Shown piece by piece: positions 23,146 to 34,875 of a DNA stretch of 38,081 nt; position 1 is the stretch's first letter; each line of letters begins with the position of its first letter. Both the position numbers and the translations under genes were made by a program. The stretch is taken from contig MU058292.1 of assembly GCA_013265495.1 (NCBI GenBank), positions 62,001 through 100,081 on the forward strand, read 5' to 3'. The notes below the pieces were generated by a model. The model was given only the letters and a program-made list of their open reading frames with translations, made no database searches and was not told where the DNA came from. The stretch comes from Vicugna vicugna (lineage: Eukaryota).

Positions 23146-24523
23146 TATCCGTGAATATCTGAACACTTATTCTTACATTTATCCTCAAGACCATGTCAGG
23201 AGGTGTGCACTATCATTTTTATTGTTCCATACACGAGAGAAACAAGGCTTAGAGGGATAACACAGCAGGTAAACGGCCACCTGGCCCAGTCCACATGTCT
23301 GCCTACAATCTGTTTCCTGACCTCAGGCTAAGGCTTCCTCTCTGCAACCAAGAGCCTTCCAGTGATGAATGCTGATGTCATTCTGCTTTCTTTCTTGGTT
23401 AAATAGTCACAATGTTAAGCTTTTTAGCATACATGATATTTTGTGGTTGCTTTGGATTGTGATGACTTGAGGTTTATGAAATGAGACCTCAAGGAACCGC
23501 CCACATGCATTTAAGCAGCACATGAGGCTCAAGTCCAGTTTTCCACCTCAACAGCCTGCTCCCACAACCATGCAGGACTTTGTCTAGGATCCCAACCGTC
23601 ACAAACTCCATTTTTCCCTGTCAGTCCTCCCTCCTGCTCCCTGCATGGCAGCCTCAGGGACGCCCAAAATTTGTTTTGTGGGATGAAGTCCAACAGCTGA
23701 CACTCTGCCCTCCACGAATTCACACGTTCCACTGTTTGAGCTGAGTCATTCCTCCACACACATGCCTGCATTCGATAACCTGGGTCCATTCAATTCTGTT
23801 CCACTTTCACTCTGGACACCGAGGGAAGGGAGCCAGAGTGTGTCCCATCCAAGTGTTCACAGACAAGGCTGACGCCTTTCCTTTCCCCCTAAGACTTCTG
23901 CATATTTTACAATGATGGCTCCAGTCTTCCAGAACTTTCTAGTCTCCTCAAGTCCTTTCTGATGACAGGACGCCTCTGTTCTCAGCCCCCTCTCAACTTT
24001 AGGGTGACTCCATCTGCAATTCTCAGAGTCTGAGAAGGGTACACCGGGCACCACCCAGACCCAACCCAAGTAACCCCATGACGGGGCTGGGTTTCTGCTC
24101 CAACTTCTCAGTTCCTTGCTCCTCAGTCTTGTGTCTTCGCCTCCGTTCCATCAGCACAGGGACTGCTGTTCACCCCCTAACAGTCTCAAGTCACTTCCAT
24201 TTAAAACTAAACAGTCTCCTGCTCCATCTCACGCCTCCTCTTTTTGGCCCGGTTCCCTCTTGTCTACACTCTATGTCTACACCTCCTCACTCCTCCAAGT
24301 CCTCGGGCCCCTTTCCTCTGGATCTACCCTGAACCTGCTCTGAGGTCACCGGGGATGCCCCAGTGACTGGAAATCCGGGCAATACTCTTTAGTCCATGAT
24401 CCACTCGCCACTCTCCAACACTGGGAAGGCTTTAGCCACTGCCTCTTTCCAAGGAGCCTCTTCCCCCTCGGTTCCAGTTAAATCTGTTCCTCTTCCTGCC
24501 TTCTCTCTTGGGACTCATGGAAC

Positions 24524-25066
24524 TGTTACCCCAAAAGGGAAAGGGAAAAGACTCCAGCTCTTGTCACACCTGAAAGATAACAGACAGGAGACAGCATTGT
24601 GCAGCAAAAGATTTCACAGGATTTACTCAGGAAAAGGAAAAGCACTCCTCCAAGAACCGGGGGTGGGCAGGTCCAGGGCAGACAGCAATAGTCTTTGTCT
24701 ACCTTCCTCTGCTACCCTCGCTTACAGGTGGTCTCTTGACTGGCTGACGGCTCTTGCCCCAGAGTGCTCAGTCATGCCCGGCCCTGGGGCTCATGTCCTT
24801 ATGCATGATGCACACAGAAAAACCCAAGGAGGGGGTCTAAACTGCCGTGCTAATTGTATTACGGTGAGCACTAGGTCACATCTGGTTGGGTCCTTCTTGC
24901 TGCCCCACAGTCTCCACCCTTGGGTTCTAACCAGTTTCTTGCTGGCACTCGTTCAGAGGAAGTAAAGACCCTTTATGCTGCAGGCGGGCACACTGCCATC
25001 TTCCAGACCCTCCTCCCTCTCCTCCACCTGTCTGCCTGGTGCCCCCACTTATCTAACTGCCTAACA
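24524..25066 (-). mobile_element. Solo ERV LTR (543 bp)
   Basis: TGTTA...TAACA inverted termini, AGTAAA poly(A)-like signal on the minus strand near 24622, LTR-like composition. No clean TSD seen. Confidence 0.6.
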
Positions 25067-26249
25067 GTCATCAGGTAACAACTGTTCAAACAGAAGCGTG
25101 GGGACCATGGCTGCACCTTCACTCAAACTCCAGTGAACCTGAGCCCCTGACACTGATGGAATCATCACGTCTTGAGCCAGCATCACCTTCTCACCTGGAT
25201 TTGTGGAGCAGCCTCTCCCTGCCTGACTGCCGTTTGTCCCTCCAACCCACTCCACCTGCTGTGGGGCCACTGGCGAGTGTGCAGAGCAGAGCCTGTCTAG
25301 TCCCTGCTGACTGGGCTTCGGTGCTGTTCTGCAGCCCAAAGCATGGAAAGGCGGTTCTTTTCAGAGCTAACTCTTCCACCAAGTGACAGTTCGTGCATCC
25401 CCTGTGAAGACCGTGACAGCCCCGAGGGTGCATGGAGCCTGGTAAGAACTTGTCTGTTGGGGACGTTTAGGGTGAATCTTCCTTTTATTCAGTCGGTGCT
25501 GTTTAGTCTTAAAGTCGTGTTTGATTCCTTAGGGGAAATGGTGTTGGTATTATTCTCATCACCCCCCACTCCCCTGCACCCAGCCCCAGACCAGAGCCAA
25601 ACAGAGGTGTGCAGAGATGTCTCTCACACTACTGTGGACGTGGGTTGCTTCGGGACTACACCCACTGATCCATGCCTCCTCCCTGAAACCCTCCAACTGT
25701 CTCATAGGCCTCCTCTCACCCGCCCTCGAGTCAGGGGCATGGCCAAGCACAAGGACCCCTGCTGGACAGGTGTCACTCACAGCCTGGGCGTGGAGGTGGG
25801 GGGGCAGCAGCCCGGGTGCGGCACACAGGCTGGGGAGCAAGGATCCTGCTGGGACTGTGGGAGGCAGACTTCGTCATTACCAGAGGGTGGGGTGACCCTG
25901 GTTCCCTTGGGAGACGAGACTGCTTGTTTAGATGGCTGTGCTGGCTGGAAGGGCATGGACTTGCTGGGTAAACGCAGCTGGTCTGGCGGGAGAGGAACTG
26001 GCCAGGTGGGGAGCCTCTGCTGCATGGCGGGGAACATGCCCGCTCTCATCTGACAGTCCCCCAGGGAGCAGAGGTGCCCCTGCAGGAGCTCAGGGGGCCC
26101 TGGGAGGTTCCCCCGAGCACAGCACCTTGACACGTTGAACATCCTAGCTGGAGGAGCCGGGTGAGCAACAGCAGGAGGGCGGCCACTGGGACCTGCCCCC
26201 CACCTCCTCCCTGAAATGAGGAACCAGCCCCACCCTGCCAACTCCCAGA

Positions 26250-26530
26250 CCTGGGGACAGAGGACAACAGGACACAGCTATCCACCGTTCACTGCCCCCA
26301 CCTGAGCCCCTCCAGCCTCCAAGCCTTCACATATTTACTGTTTCTTTATCTAAAAGGTAAAAAGTCTTCCTGCTCTGGCCACTCCTTTAGGACTTCATCC
26401 TCCTGTGAAGGGCCCCGTGTACGTGGAAAGCCTCAGCACACTTGCCACGCTTTTCTCCTTGCTCATCTGTCTTTTGTGCATTTACTTCTTAGCCGGAGAC
26501 CCCGGGAGGGGGAGGAGGGCTTGTCCTCTG
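26250..26530 (+). mobile_element. ERV1 LTR remnant (MER34/MER39-like)
   Basis: U5-like motif cttttctccttgctcatctgtcttttgt. Confidence 0.45.
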
Positions 26531-27873
26531 CTGCGGCAGCCGTGCAAAGCCAGGCCTCACAAGACGAGACCCTAGCATCGGTGTGAACTTAGTGGTGACT
26601 CAGACTCTTAGGGAGCAGGACAAACGCCTCCCCAAGAAGCAAAGTAGATCCTTGAGGAGGAGGGAGAGAACCAGGAAACGTGAACTCAGAGGTGCCTGCC
26701 CTTGTGGCCACTAAAAGCAGTTGTGGGTCTGAGTGGCAAGGGTGAGGCGGGATTTTAGCTTCACTGATGCCTGTGGCTATGGTGACACCTCCAGGCCCAT
26801 GTGCTGCTCTGTAACTTAAATAAGAGCTCTGGGAAGAGCCCGCAGGTCCTCTTAATTAAACCAATTCATCTGGCCACCAGGGGCATATGGACCCTCAAAG
26901 TCCCACTGAAATCTTCCTTCGAGAGTGCAGCACGGTTTTCTGAGAAGACACTTGAACCTCACGGTGGTAATGCCTGGAGCTCCAAGGGGACGCAGCATGT
27001 GCTGGGGGCGGGGGAGGTTGTCCTGGGACTGAGTGCTCGCAGAGGTGTCTGTCACCTTGCTTTATACGTGGTCTCTGCAAAGGAAAGGCCCCCCAGAGCT
27101 CTTTACCCCAGAGGGTGTGGATTCCGATGGGGACGGACCTGACAGCATTTGGTGCAGGGCCCCACCTCAGGTGGACTGACTAGCAGGTCACAGCATCAGT
27201 CAGAGTAAATAAAATCAGTAAATGCAGAATGTGTTGTCTCCAGAGCCAAGCAGAACTAAAAGTTGTCAGACTTGCATCGATAGTTCGGACGCTGGAGGGA
27301 CAACAGCCAGGTCTTGACGTTGTCAGCAGTGGAGCGGTCCTCAGTTCACCCAACAATCCTAGGGGATTTCACCCGGGTGGGGGTTAGGGGCTTCCTCTGG
27401 ACCAGGCAAGTTGCCAGCATCCATGTGTCCAGAACAAGCACTTGCATGAACACCTGGAGCTGCTCAGAGGATGATGTTACCTGTGCAACATCACCCCTGG
27501 GCTCTGGAGGAAGGTGGGGATGGGAGGGGGGTTGAGACCTCCCCTGCAGAGTGTGTGCAGCTACGAGGCTGCCACCCCCAGGGAGCCTGGCAGAGGCATG
27601 TGGAGTCCCTCCAGAGACAAAGGCATACTGAGGCCACACAGAACAGATGTGCCATTTCTGTAACAGTGACTTCCAAACGGGCTGCTGGCAGAGTGGTGGG
27701 TACCATGGTGTGGAGGGGCTGGGATCCACTGTGGGGGCTGTTCACGCTCCTCCAGTTGAGAACACACCAAAGTGGGTTAGTACCTAGGAAAGAAGTGAGG
27801 ATAACCAGACCTTCATTCATTAGGCCTTATGGTTAAATTCCTGAAAATTATTTGTCAAAAATGTAACAATTTA

Positions 27874-27970
27874 GGGGGAGGGTATAGCTCAGTGGTAGTG
27901 TGGATGAAGGAAGTCCTGTGTTCCATCCTCAGTACTTCTGTTTAAAAAAAAAAAAAAAAAAAGAAAGGAG
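27874..27970 (+). mobile_element. tRNA-derived SINE (camelid Vic-1-like) with poly(A) and 12-bp TSD
   Basis: ggggagggtatagctcagtggtag (box A), degenerate box B and A-tail. TSD tgtaacaattta at 27862-27873 and 27971-27982. Confidence 0.85.
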
Positions 27971-28356
27971 TGTAACAATTTAATATGATACTGTTTCATG
28001 TTTTGTTACTTTTCCTCTGATTAGGATGTGATGGTTGGTTCAGGAGCTTGCCTAATATGTGGCATTGTAAGGAATTTCAAGGCATCTTATTTTTCAGATC
28101 TTTTTTAAAAGCCAAGATAGCTGCATGCTTTCTTAAAATTACAATGCCAACACCTTTTATTATAGAGTTCTCTACTAAATTTGTTTTTGTTTCAATTATG
28201 TAATTGTAACCTCAATATTAAATTTACAAATCACAGATAAGCATGTAATTAATAAATTTGTATGTACCTGTGGAAAATGTGCTTACCTATTTATCATGCA
28301 GAAACAAATAAAACATTCAAACAAAAATCACAGACTCAGACATAAAATTAAGATGG

Positions 28357-28793
28357 GCACCCGGCTCTGTGATATTTCTGCCACAGGCTGTTCCAGCACC
28401 TGCTGATCAGTCAATCAGAGGAAACCTCAGGGCTGAAGATAAGCCAGTTCTGTAGGAATTCCTTCCTAAAATAGTGCTGAGCAAATAGTGAGGCTGGTGC
28501 AGGGCAGACCTCAGGGTTCCTGCAGCAGAGCCACGGTCTCCCATGGTGGCCTTTTTTCACCATCTAAATCCCTCTTTGCTCCAACAGCCTGTTTCTCACT
28601 TTGTCACAATCCTCCCTCCTCTCTGCTCTCCTGGGAGCTGCATCCATCCTGAGCAGGCTCTGGGGCTGCGGGGCCACTGTCCCCACTTGTCCCAGAGCAA
28701 ACCCTCCACGTGCACATGCACGGGCAATGTCCCCTCACCGAGTGTCTCCAGGAGGAGGAGATAGTGCAGACTTCAGAGAAATAGTTTTGATTT
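28357..28793 (+). repeat. Direct duplication, copy 1 (carries about 110 bp absent from copy 2)
   Basis: Aligns by eye with 34525-34875, e.g. gctctgtgatatttctgccacaggct, gcagagccacggtctcccatggtggccttttt, ggggccactgtccccacttgtccc. Confidence 0.95.
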
Positions 28794-28849
28794 AGATCAG
28801 ATGAGTCACCTCGGGTGAGGCATGGTGAGGCCAGAAGCAGGTCAAGAGC

Positions 28850-30392
28850 AGAGACAGGAAGGAGTCTGACAGCTTTGTGAGCCCAGCACCCCGGGGAAAG
28901 GAGGCCCAGGGTCAGCCAAGGCACAGCAAGAGAGGGACAGCTGTGGACACACCTCTACTGTGGTTTCTGTCAAAGGAAGCAGGGTGGCAGGGCAGACAGC
29001 CCTGGGGACAGCTGATCTGGATCAGTCTGACAGGCTCTGGGGCACAGGGCTGCTCCTGGTTGTCTGGGACCTGGCCCCGGGCAGTTAGGGCAGGTGTACA
29101 GTGGCCTGGAGTACGAGAGCCCCACATGGGAGGTGGTTGGAGTGCGGGCTTAAGGGAATGCACTAGAAAGGGAAATGAGCAGCTTCTAGTTGGGGCCTCA
29201 AAACTGAGTCAAAGCCACCTGTTAAAAACCATCCCACACTCACCAGAGCCAGCAGCTGCTGCAGCTGGTCCAGGGCCAGCCCTGCCCACCACACAGCCCC
29301 GCGTAGCTGCACCCCAGAGTGCCTGGCACTGGTCTTCAGGTGGGGCTGTGCTTGTGAACCCACAGGGAATCTCCCCCCAAAAGGCCTCTCCTTCAAGATG
29401 GGGAGGGATAGCTGATCTACGTAGTACGTAGAAACAGACAGAGAATCAGGCAAAATGAGGAGACACAGGATTATGTTCCAATCAAGAGAACAAGACAAAA
29501 CCTCAGAAGAACTGAATGAAATGGAGATCAACTGAATGAAAATCAGCACCCTAACTGATAAAGGGCTAAAAGTAATAATCATGCAGGTGCTCGGAGAGCT
29601 CAGGGGAAGGGTGGATGAACACAGGGAGAGCTTCAACAAAGAGACAGAAAACATAAGAAAACACCAAACAGTAGTTATATGCTGAACTTGAAAAACGCCA
29701 CTTAGAGGTTCAACAGCAGATTGAATGAGGGAGGAGGACAGACCAGTGAGCTGGAAGACAAAGCAATGGAGCTTACGCAGACAGAGGAGCAAAAAGAAAT
29801 GAAAAAGAAATTTTAAAAAGTGAAGATACCCTAAGAGGCCTCTGAGACAACATCAAGCAGAATAATATTTGCATTATGGGGGTTCCAAAAGCAGAAGAGA
29901 TTTTTTTTAAAGGGCCAGAAAAAAATTATTAGGAGAATTAGTGAATGACAGCTTCCCTAATCCAGAGAAGGAAACAAACATCCAGGTCCAGGAAGCCCAG
30001 AGAGTTCTGAATAAGATGAATCCAGAGAGACCACGTCAAGACACATTGTAATTAAGATGGTAAAAGTTAACGATAAAGAAAGAATCCTAAATGCAGCAAG
30101 AGAAAAACAACTTGTTCAGACCAGTGGCCCCCAACAAGACTGTCAGCAAACTGTTCAGGAGAACACTTCCAGGCCAGAAGAGAGTGGTATAACATACTCA
30201 GAACCCTGAGAGAAGAAAGCCTCCAGCCGAGAAGCCTCTGCCAGCAAGGTTACCACTCAGCACTGAAGGGGAGATCCAGAGTTTCCCAGGTAAGCAAGGG
30301 CTAAAGGAATTCACCACCAGTAACCCGGCCCTACAAGAAATATTAAGTGGACTTCATTAAGCTGAAAAGAAATGACACTAATTAATAACAAA
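28850..30392 (+). mobile_element. Old L1: 5'UTR plus decayed ORF1 (ATG about 29455), cut off before ORF2
   Basis: MRRHRIMFQSREQDKTSEE start and later ORF1 motifs (ataatatttgcattatgggggttcca, atccaggtccaggaagcccagagagttc, gcagcaagagaaaaacaa), with stops and frameshifts. The 5' boundary is approximate. Confidence 0.85.
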
Positions 30393-30429
30393 TGTTTTTC
30401 TTAGAGAACAAGGCACAGATGTTCCACTT

Positions 30430-31140
30430 AGCACTTACCTGCCTAATCCTGGGACCAGCAGAGGAAGCGAGGGAGCCGAAGAAAGGCGAGAAATATGAGG
30501 GGACCGCTGGTCCCCGTGCTCCGGGCTCCTCTGTGCCACTGGCTCTTTCATCCACAGCAAGTTCTCAGGGGGTGTTCTCACCTCCTTGTTGGTGTCGCGA
30601 CACCACGTACACATACACACTGTATGCGGAGAGGGCTGATGGCTACTCTGAAGCTTTATTGCGTTACACAGTCTTATACAGCAAAGAAGAACGACAAGGG
30701 TTATGGTTAACAGGCAGTGTCTGGCTCAAGGTCAGAAGACCCTTTATGATTTGGTAAATCATGTTCGTGTTGGCACCAGCGAGCCTTACAGCTTATCAGG
30801 GTGGGACATATGAGAAACGACTGCTTCACAACATTCTTCTTGGACTCAGGTGGCTGTGCCTGTCTCAGGTTGCACCCCCCTGGGGATCTTACCCATCCTT
30901 GGCTAACCAGCCTTCTCACCTGAGTCTGCAACTTTTTATCACTTGTTTACCATTCCGACCCAAGGCTCATTCCTTGGTTCCCACAGTCAGGGGCCTACGC
31001 TCCTCTGTCCCTTTGGCCGTGGAGACTCTGAGATGGTGGTAACGTAACTGGAGTCACCCGGATTCTGCCGAGAGGGCTGCCTGAACGCTGGTGATGGCTC
31101 CACTGTATCAAACTGCCTTTTTAACAGAGCATGGCTGGGG
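30430..31140 (-). mobile_element. Probable LTR remnant
   Basis: AATAAA on the minus strand at about 30655 in an LTR-like context. Family not recognised. Confidence 0.3.
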
Positions 31141-31149
31141 GCTAGCAGG

Positions 31150-31355
31150 TATGTATCACTGTATTTAAAATAGATAAACAACAAGGACGCACTGCACAGC
31201 ACAGGGAACTATAGTCAACTTCTTGTAATAACCTATAATGGGAAAGAAAATATCTATGTATGTGTAACTGAATTGCTTTGCTGTACACCTGAAACTACAT
31301 TGTAAATTGATTAGACTTCAATAAAAAAATTAACAAGAAAAAAAAAAAGAAAGAA
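31150..31355 (+). mobile_element. L1 3' end with poly(A) tail (cetartiodactyl-type)
   Basis: aaatagataaacaacaaggac...agcacagggaactatagtcaa...tgctgtacacctgaaacta...cttcaataaaaaa. Confidence 0.85.
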
Positions 31356-31409
31356 AACATTCCTGTCATTATGTTTTCCTGTCATCCAGGCTGGAGGAAT
31401 CCTGAATTT

Positions 31410-31570
31410 TAAAAATTATTTTTGACTCATAGGACCCTTTAAGAATCCATTGATGAACATGGATTTTCTCTTTAATAAAATATGCATCTGTACTTGAATN
31501 NNNNNNNNNNATGCACACACCCCACCCACACATGCACGCACACACACACAGACTCATGGGAGACCTTGTA
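31410..31570. mobile_element. hAT-Charlie remnant (MER103-like) containing an 11-nt N gap
   Basis: tttgactcataggaccctttaagaatc...atgcacac. Confidence 0.45.
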
Positions 31571-32199
31571 TGCAGTCTCTGGATATTGGTGTATTCCTGG
31601 CTGAAAAAAAAAGATTCAGTTCTAAAAAAAAAAAAAAGAAATAGCAACTGCACTGGGCTCAAGGAGCTAGTATTCTAGGGGAGGGGACTGTCAATTTTTC
31701 AATCTATCAGCGTGTTTTCACTAGGCATTTGCATAGTTCTTGGTGGTTGTTTCACAGTCTGGGATGGAGAAGAAATGGACACACTGTCTACCCAGCCAAT
31801 CACACAGGTCTTGGGAGGCAGCACTAATGTCTCTGAAGTTAGTAGAACCCCGGACACGTATCTGATTGCCGACCAGCATTTCCACTTGGGTGCATAGCAG
31901 ACATCTCAAATTTAAGATGCCTCAGACTCAGTGCTTCCCCACCTTCCCAGCGGGGAGATAAAAGGCAGCACCATCCTTCTAAGGAAGCAAACAACAAGGA
32001 AGGTCGAGGCACTGTGGACAGAAGAGGAGAAACTCAGTGAGTTTTTGTGCTTCTTGCTTCTCGAAGCTTTCCTGTGTTTAGACTCAGCTGAGTTGCATGT
32101 TCGCTGATGACTGAAAATGCACAGTCACTCATTGAATCAGCGGGTACGTATGGAGTGTCTAATGTGTGCTAATGACCTGCTGTCGGTACGCAGAGCTGA

Positions 32200-32470
32200 G
32201 ACATTATGAAGAAACATCTAATAATGGATCACACTTGTCAAAGTCTTACTCTATGCTGAGCACAGTCAAGCTACATTACAGCTGTGATCGCGTTTACTTT
32301 TCACAAAAACCCTCTGAGAAAGCATACCATTACGACCTTGACTTTTACACATTAGAGAACTGACTCTTCAAATGTCTTGGCTGAAGCCACACAGTCACAA
32401 AGGGAAAATCTAGATTTGCAGCCAATCCCAGAGCCCAGATTCTGAATTATTATGCAATAGGCTTTTTAAA
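32200..32470 (-). mobile_element. MIR SINE remnant
   Basis: ataatggatcacacttg...ttactctatgctgagcacag...tcacaaaaaccctctgag. Confidence 0.55.
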
Positions 32471-32559
32471 CCAGGAGATAGCATCCCGATATTTTTAATT
32501 AGTGTATAATAGATTAGATCTTGGCTGTGTAGATTCCTCTAAAATTGTGGCTTTGAATA

Positions 32560-34010
32560 GTTTGGTTTTCCAACTACCAAAAAAATGAGATGTTTAAATT
32601 CTATATGTGTTACAAAGTACAGTAAGTAAAACCACCTCTGTGTCTGTGGGACAATTCTGTTTAAGCTCTGACAAAGATGCATATTTCCTCTTTGCCAAAT
32701 TTCATTTTAAAAAATATAATGGGTTATTTTAGATTATTAAGTTTTCAAAAATATAGAAAATAGTATGACCTCCACCCATATACTCAGCCCCCAGCCTCAA
32801 CAATTACCAACATATAATGCCATTTAATGTTCATTCATAGACCAACAGTCCAAAGGGTGATGACTAAGATAACTTCTTTCAGGGAAGTGGCTATAGTCAA
32901 TGAGTTAGGAAATAATTTTACAGGAAATAAAACCCTCAACTTAAAAAAGGGTAATTCTTAAGGAGAGACCAAGCAGGGTATTAATGCTGCCTTTTTAAGA
33001 GGCTGAGTCTAGTATTTCTCAGACAAAATAAAGATTTACAGAGAGCAGTACCTTCTCCCAACATGACCATAAACTCTAAAGTTCTTTAAAAACCTGAGAA
33101 ATAATTTAATAAGAGACAAAACTAAAGCAAATAACTAATCTAAAACCATGACAACCATATGCATTTACATATGTTTACATGTAATCAAATCCAACTGTCA
33201 CAAAGGGTGTACCTCAAAATACAGTGAATTTTCATTGATTTTTGTTGCCATACTGTGCATTTGGAAGGTGGTTTTCAAACTCAGACAAAAAAAAAGTGTT
33301 AATTCCAAAATGGCAAAGATTTGCTGCAATTAAGTAAAAAAAATATGAATTATGTTAAAAGATAACTTTGTTTAGGTTGTTTTTGTTTTATTGCAGTCTA
33401 GTCAGTTCAGAGTGTCCTGTCAATTTCTGGTGGACAGCACAATGTCTCCATCATACATGTATATACATCTATTTCTTTCCATATTCTTTTTCATTAGAGG
33501 TTACTACAAGATATTGAATATAGTTCCCTGTGCTATACAGTAGAAACTTGTTGTTTATCTATTTTGTATATAGTAGTATCTGCAGATCTCAAACTCCCAT
33601 TTTATCCCTTCCTACCTCCTTTCCCTTCTGGTAACCATAAGTTGTTCTCTATGTCTGTGAGTCTGTTTCTGTTTTATAAGTAAGTTCACCTGTGTCTTTT
33701 TTCTTTTTAGATTTCACATATAAGCGATATCATATGGTATTTGTCTCTCTCTAACTTACTTCGCTTAGAATGATGATCTCCAGGTTCATCCATGTTGCTG
33801 CAGATGGCATTATTTTATTCTTTTTTATGGCTGAGTGGTATTCCATTGTATAAATATACCACATCTTCTGTATCCAGTCATAAAAGAAAACTTTTGACAA
33901 AATATTTGAGTGTCTTAAAACCTCAGAATTTATTTTAAAATCTGAAATTTAAAAGAAAACAAGATTTACTCATAAGATCATTAGTGCATTTTTTTCAGTT
34001 ATAATTACCA
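32560..34010 (-). pseudogene. Paralogous relic of DDX60 intron 5 (probable DDX60L/tandem-paralogue remnant, no exons recognised)
   Basis: Colinear anchors shared with 13050-14020 (listed in findings). Confidence 0.65.
33371..33880 (-). mobile_element. Young 5'-truncated L1 3' end with 14-bp TSD
   Basis: Typical L1 3'UTR (atagttccctgtgctatacagtag, ccaggttcatccatgttgctgca, tttatggctgagtggtattccattgt). TSD taaaagataacttt 33356-33369 and taaaagaaaacttt 33881-33894. Confidence 0.9.
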
Positions 34011-34524
34011 TGTTGTAGGACAGTGGGCTCCCCGTTTACATGTAATCAAATCCAAGTGGCCTCACCTGCACCCTCTGCTCTCCACCGATCTGGGAGCAGT
34101 CCTGTGTTCAGGGTCCCCGCTCCTCTTCCAGTTCTCTGACCCCTCATTCTAGTTAAAAAGAGAAAATAAAAACAAAATGAAAAGATAAGTGATTCTTAAT
34201 ATGATGGGAGTAGGTCATATTTTCTTTTAATTTATTTTGGAATTTTTTCTCATTTAATTAGAGAAGGTAATGAAATTTTTTGATTTGTGTTTTGGGTAGG
34301 TTTTTTTTGAAGCACAATTGACTTACAATATGGCTTTAGTTTTGTGTACAAGATTCAATTTATAGATAGTAAATAAACATGGTATTAACACAAGCATATA
34401 CTTTATGGATGGACAGTGATTACCCATCCGTGCTATAAGGAATCTGATTAGCTTTTCTCAAGTCTCCTTGATAAGAAACCACATGTCCAGCAAAGCTCCA
34501 GTCTGGGTTACAGGGGTTGGATCA

Positions 34525-34875
34525 GCACCCAGCTCTGTGATATTTCTGCCACAGGCTTTTCCAACACCTGCTGATCCTGTAGCAGAGCCACGGTCTCCCA
34601 TGGTGGCCTTTTTTCAGTGTCTAAATCCCTCTTTGATCCAACAGCCAGTTTCCCCCTTCATCACACTCCTCCCCCGTCTCTGCTCTCCTGGGAGTGTCCC
34701 CGCATCCATCCTGGGGGGGCTCTGGGGCCGTGGGGCCACTGTCCCCACTTGTCCCGGGGTAGACCCTCCACATGCACGTGCACGTGCAAGGGTGATGTTG
34801 CCTCACCAGATGTCTCCAGGAGGAGGAGAAAATGAAGCCTTTAAGAGAAACAGAGGCTGTCAGTTTTGAATTAGG
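34525..34875 (+). repeat. Direct duplication, copy 2
   Basis: Same anchors as copy 1. Confidence 0.95.

Noticed and set aside
25343..26241. 236-aa and 154-aa ORFs
   Set aside because: GC-rich intergenic sequence between LTR remnants, with no domain or splice support.
27874..27945. tRNA gene
   Set aside because: Degenerate B box, poly(A) tail and TSD show that it is a SINE.
28543..28764. Paired ORFs MVAFFHHLNPSLLQQPV and MVAFFQCLNPSLIQQPV (34601 onward) as a small gene family
   Set aside because: The similarity simply follows the DNA duplication; the frames diverge after about 32 codons because of an indel.
29163..29792. 209-aa hydrophobic minus-strand ORF
   Set aside because: Antisense reading of the A-rich L1 ORF1.
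28357..34875. Direct repeats as the paired LTRs of a provirus
   Set aside because: No TG..CA ends, PBS, PPT, TSD or gag/pol/env; the interior is L1, MIR and DDX60-like intron.
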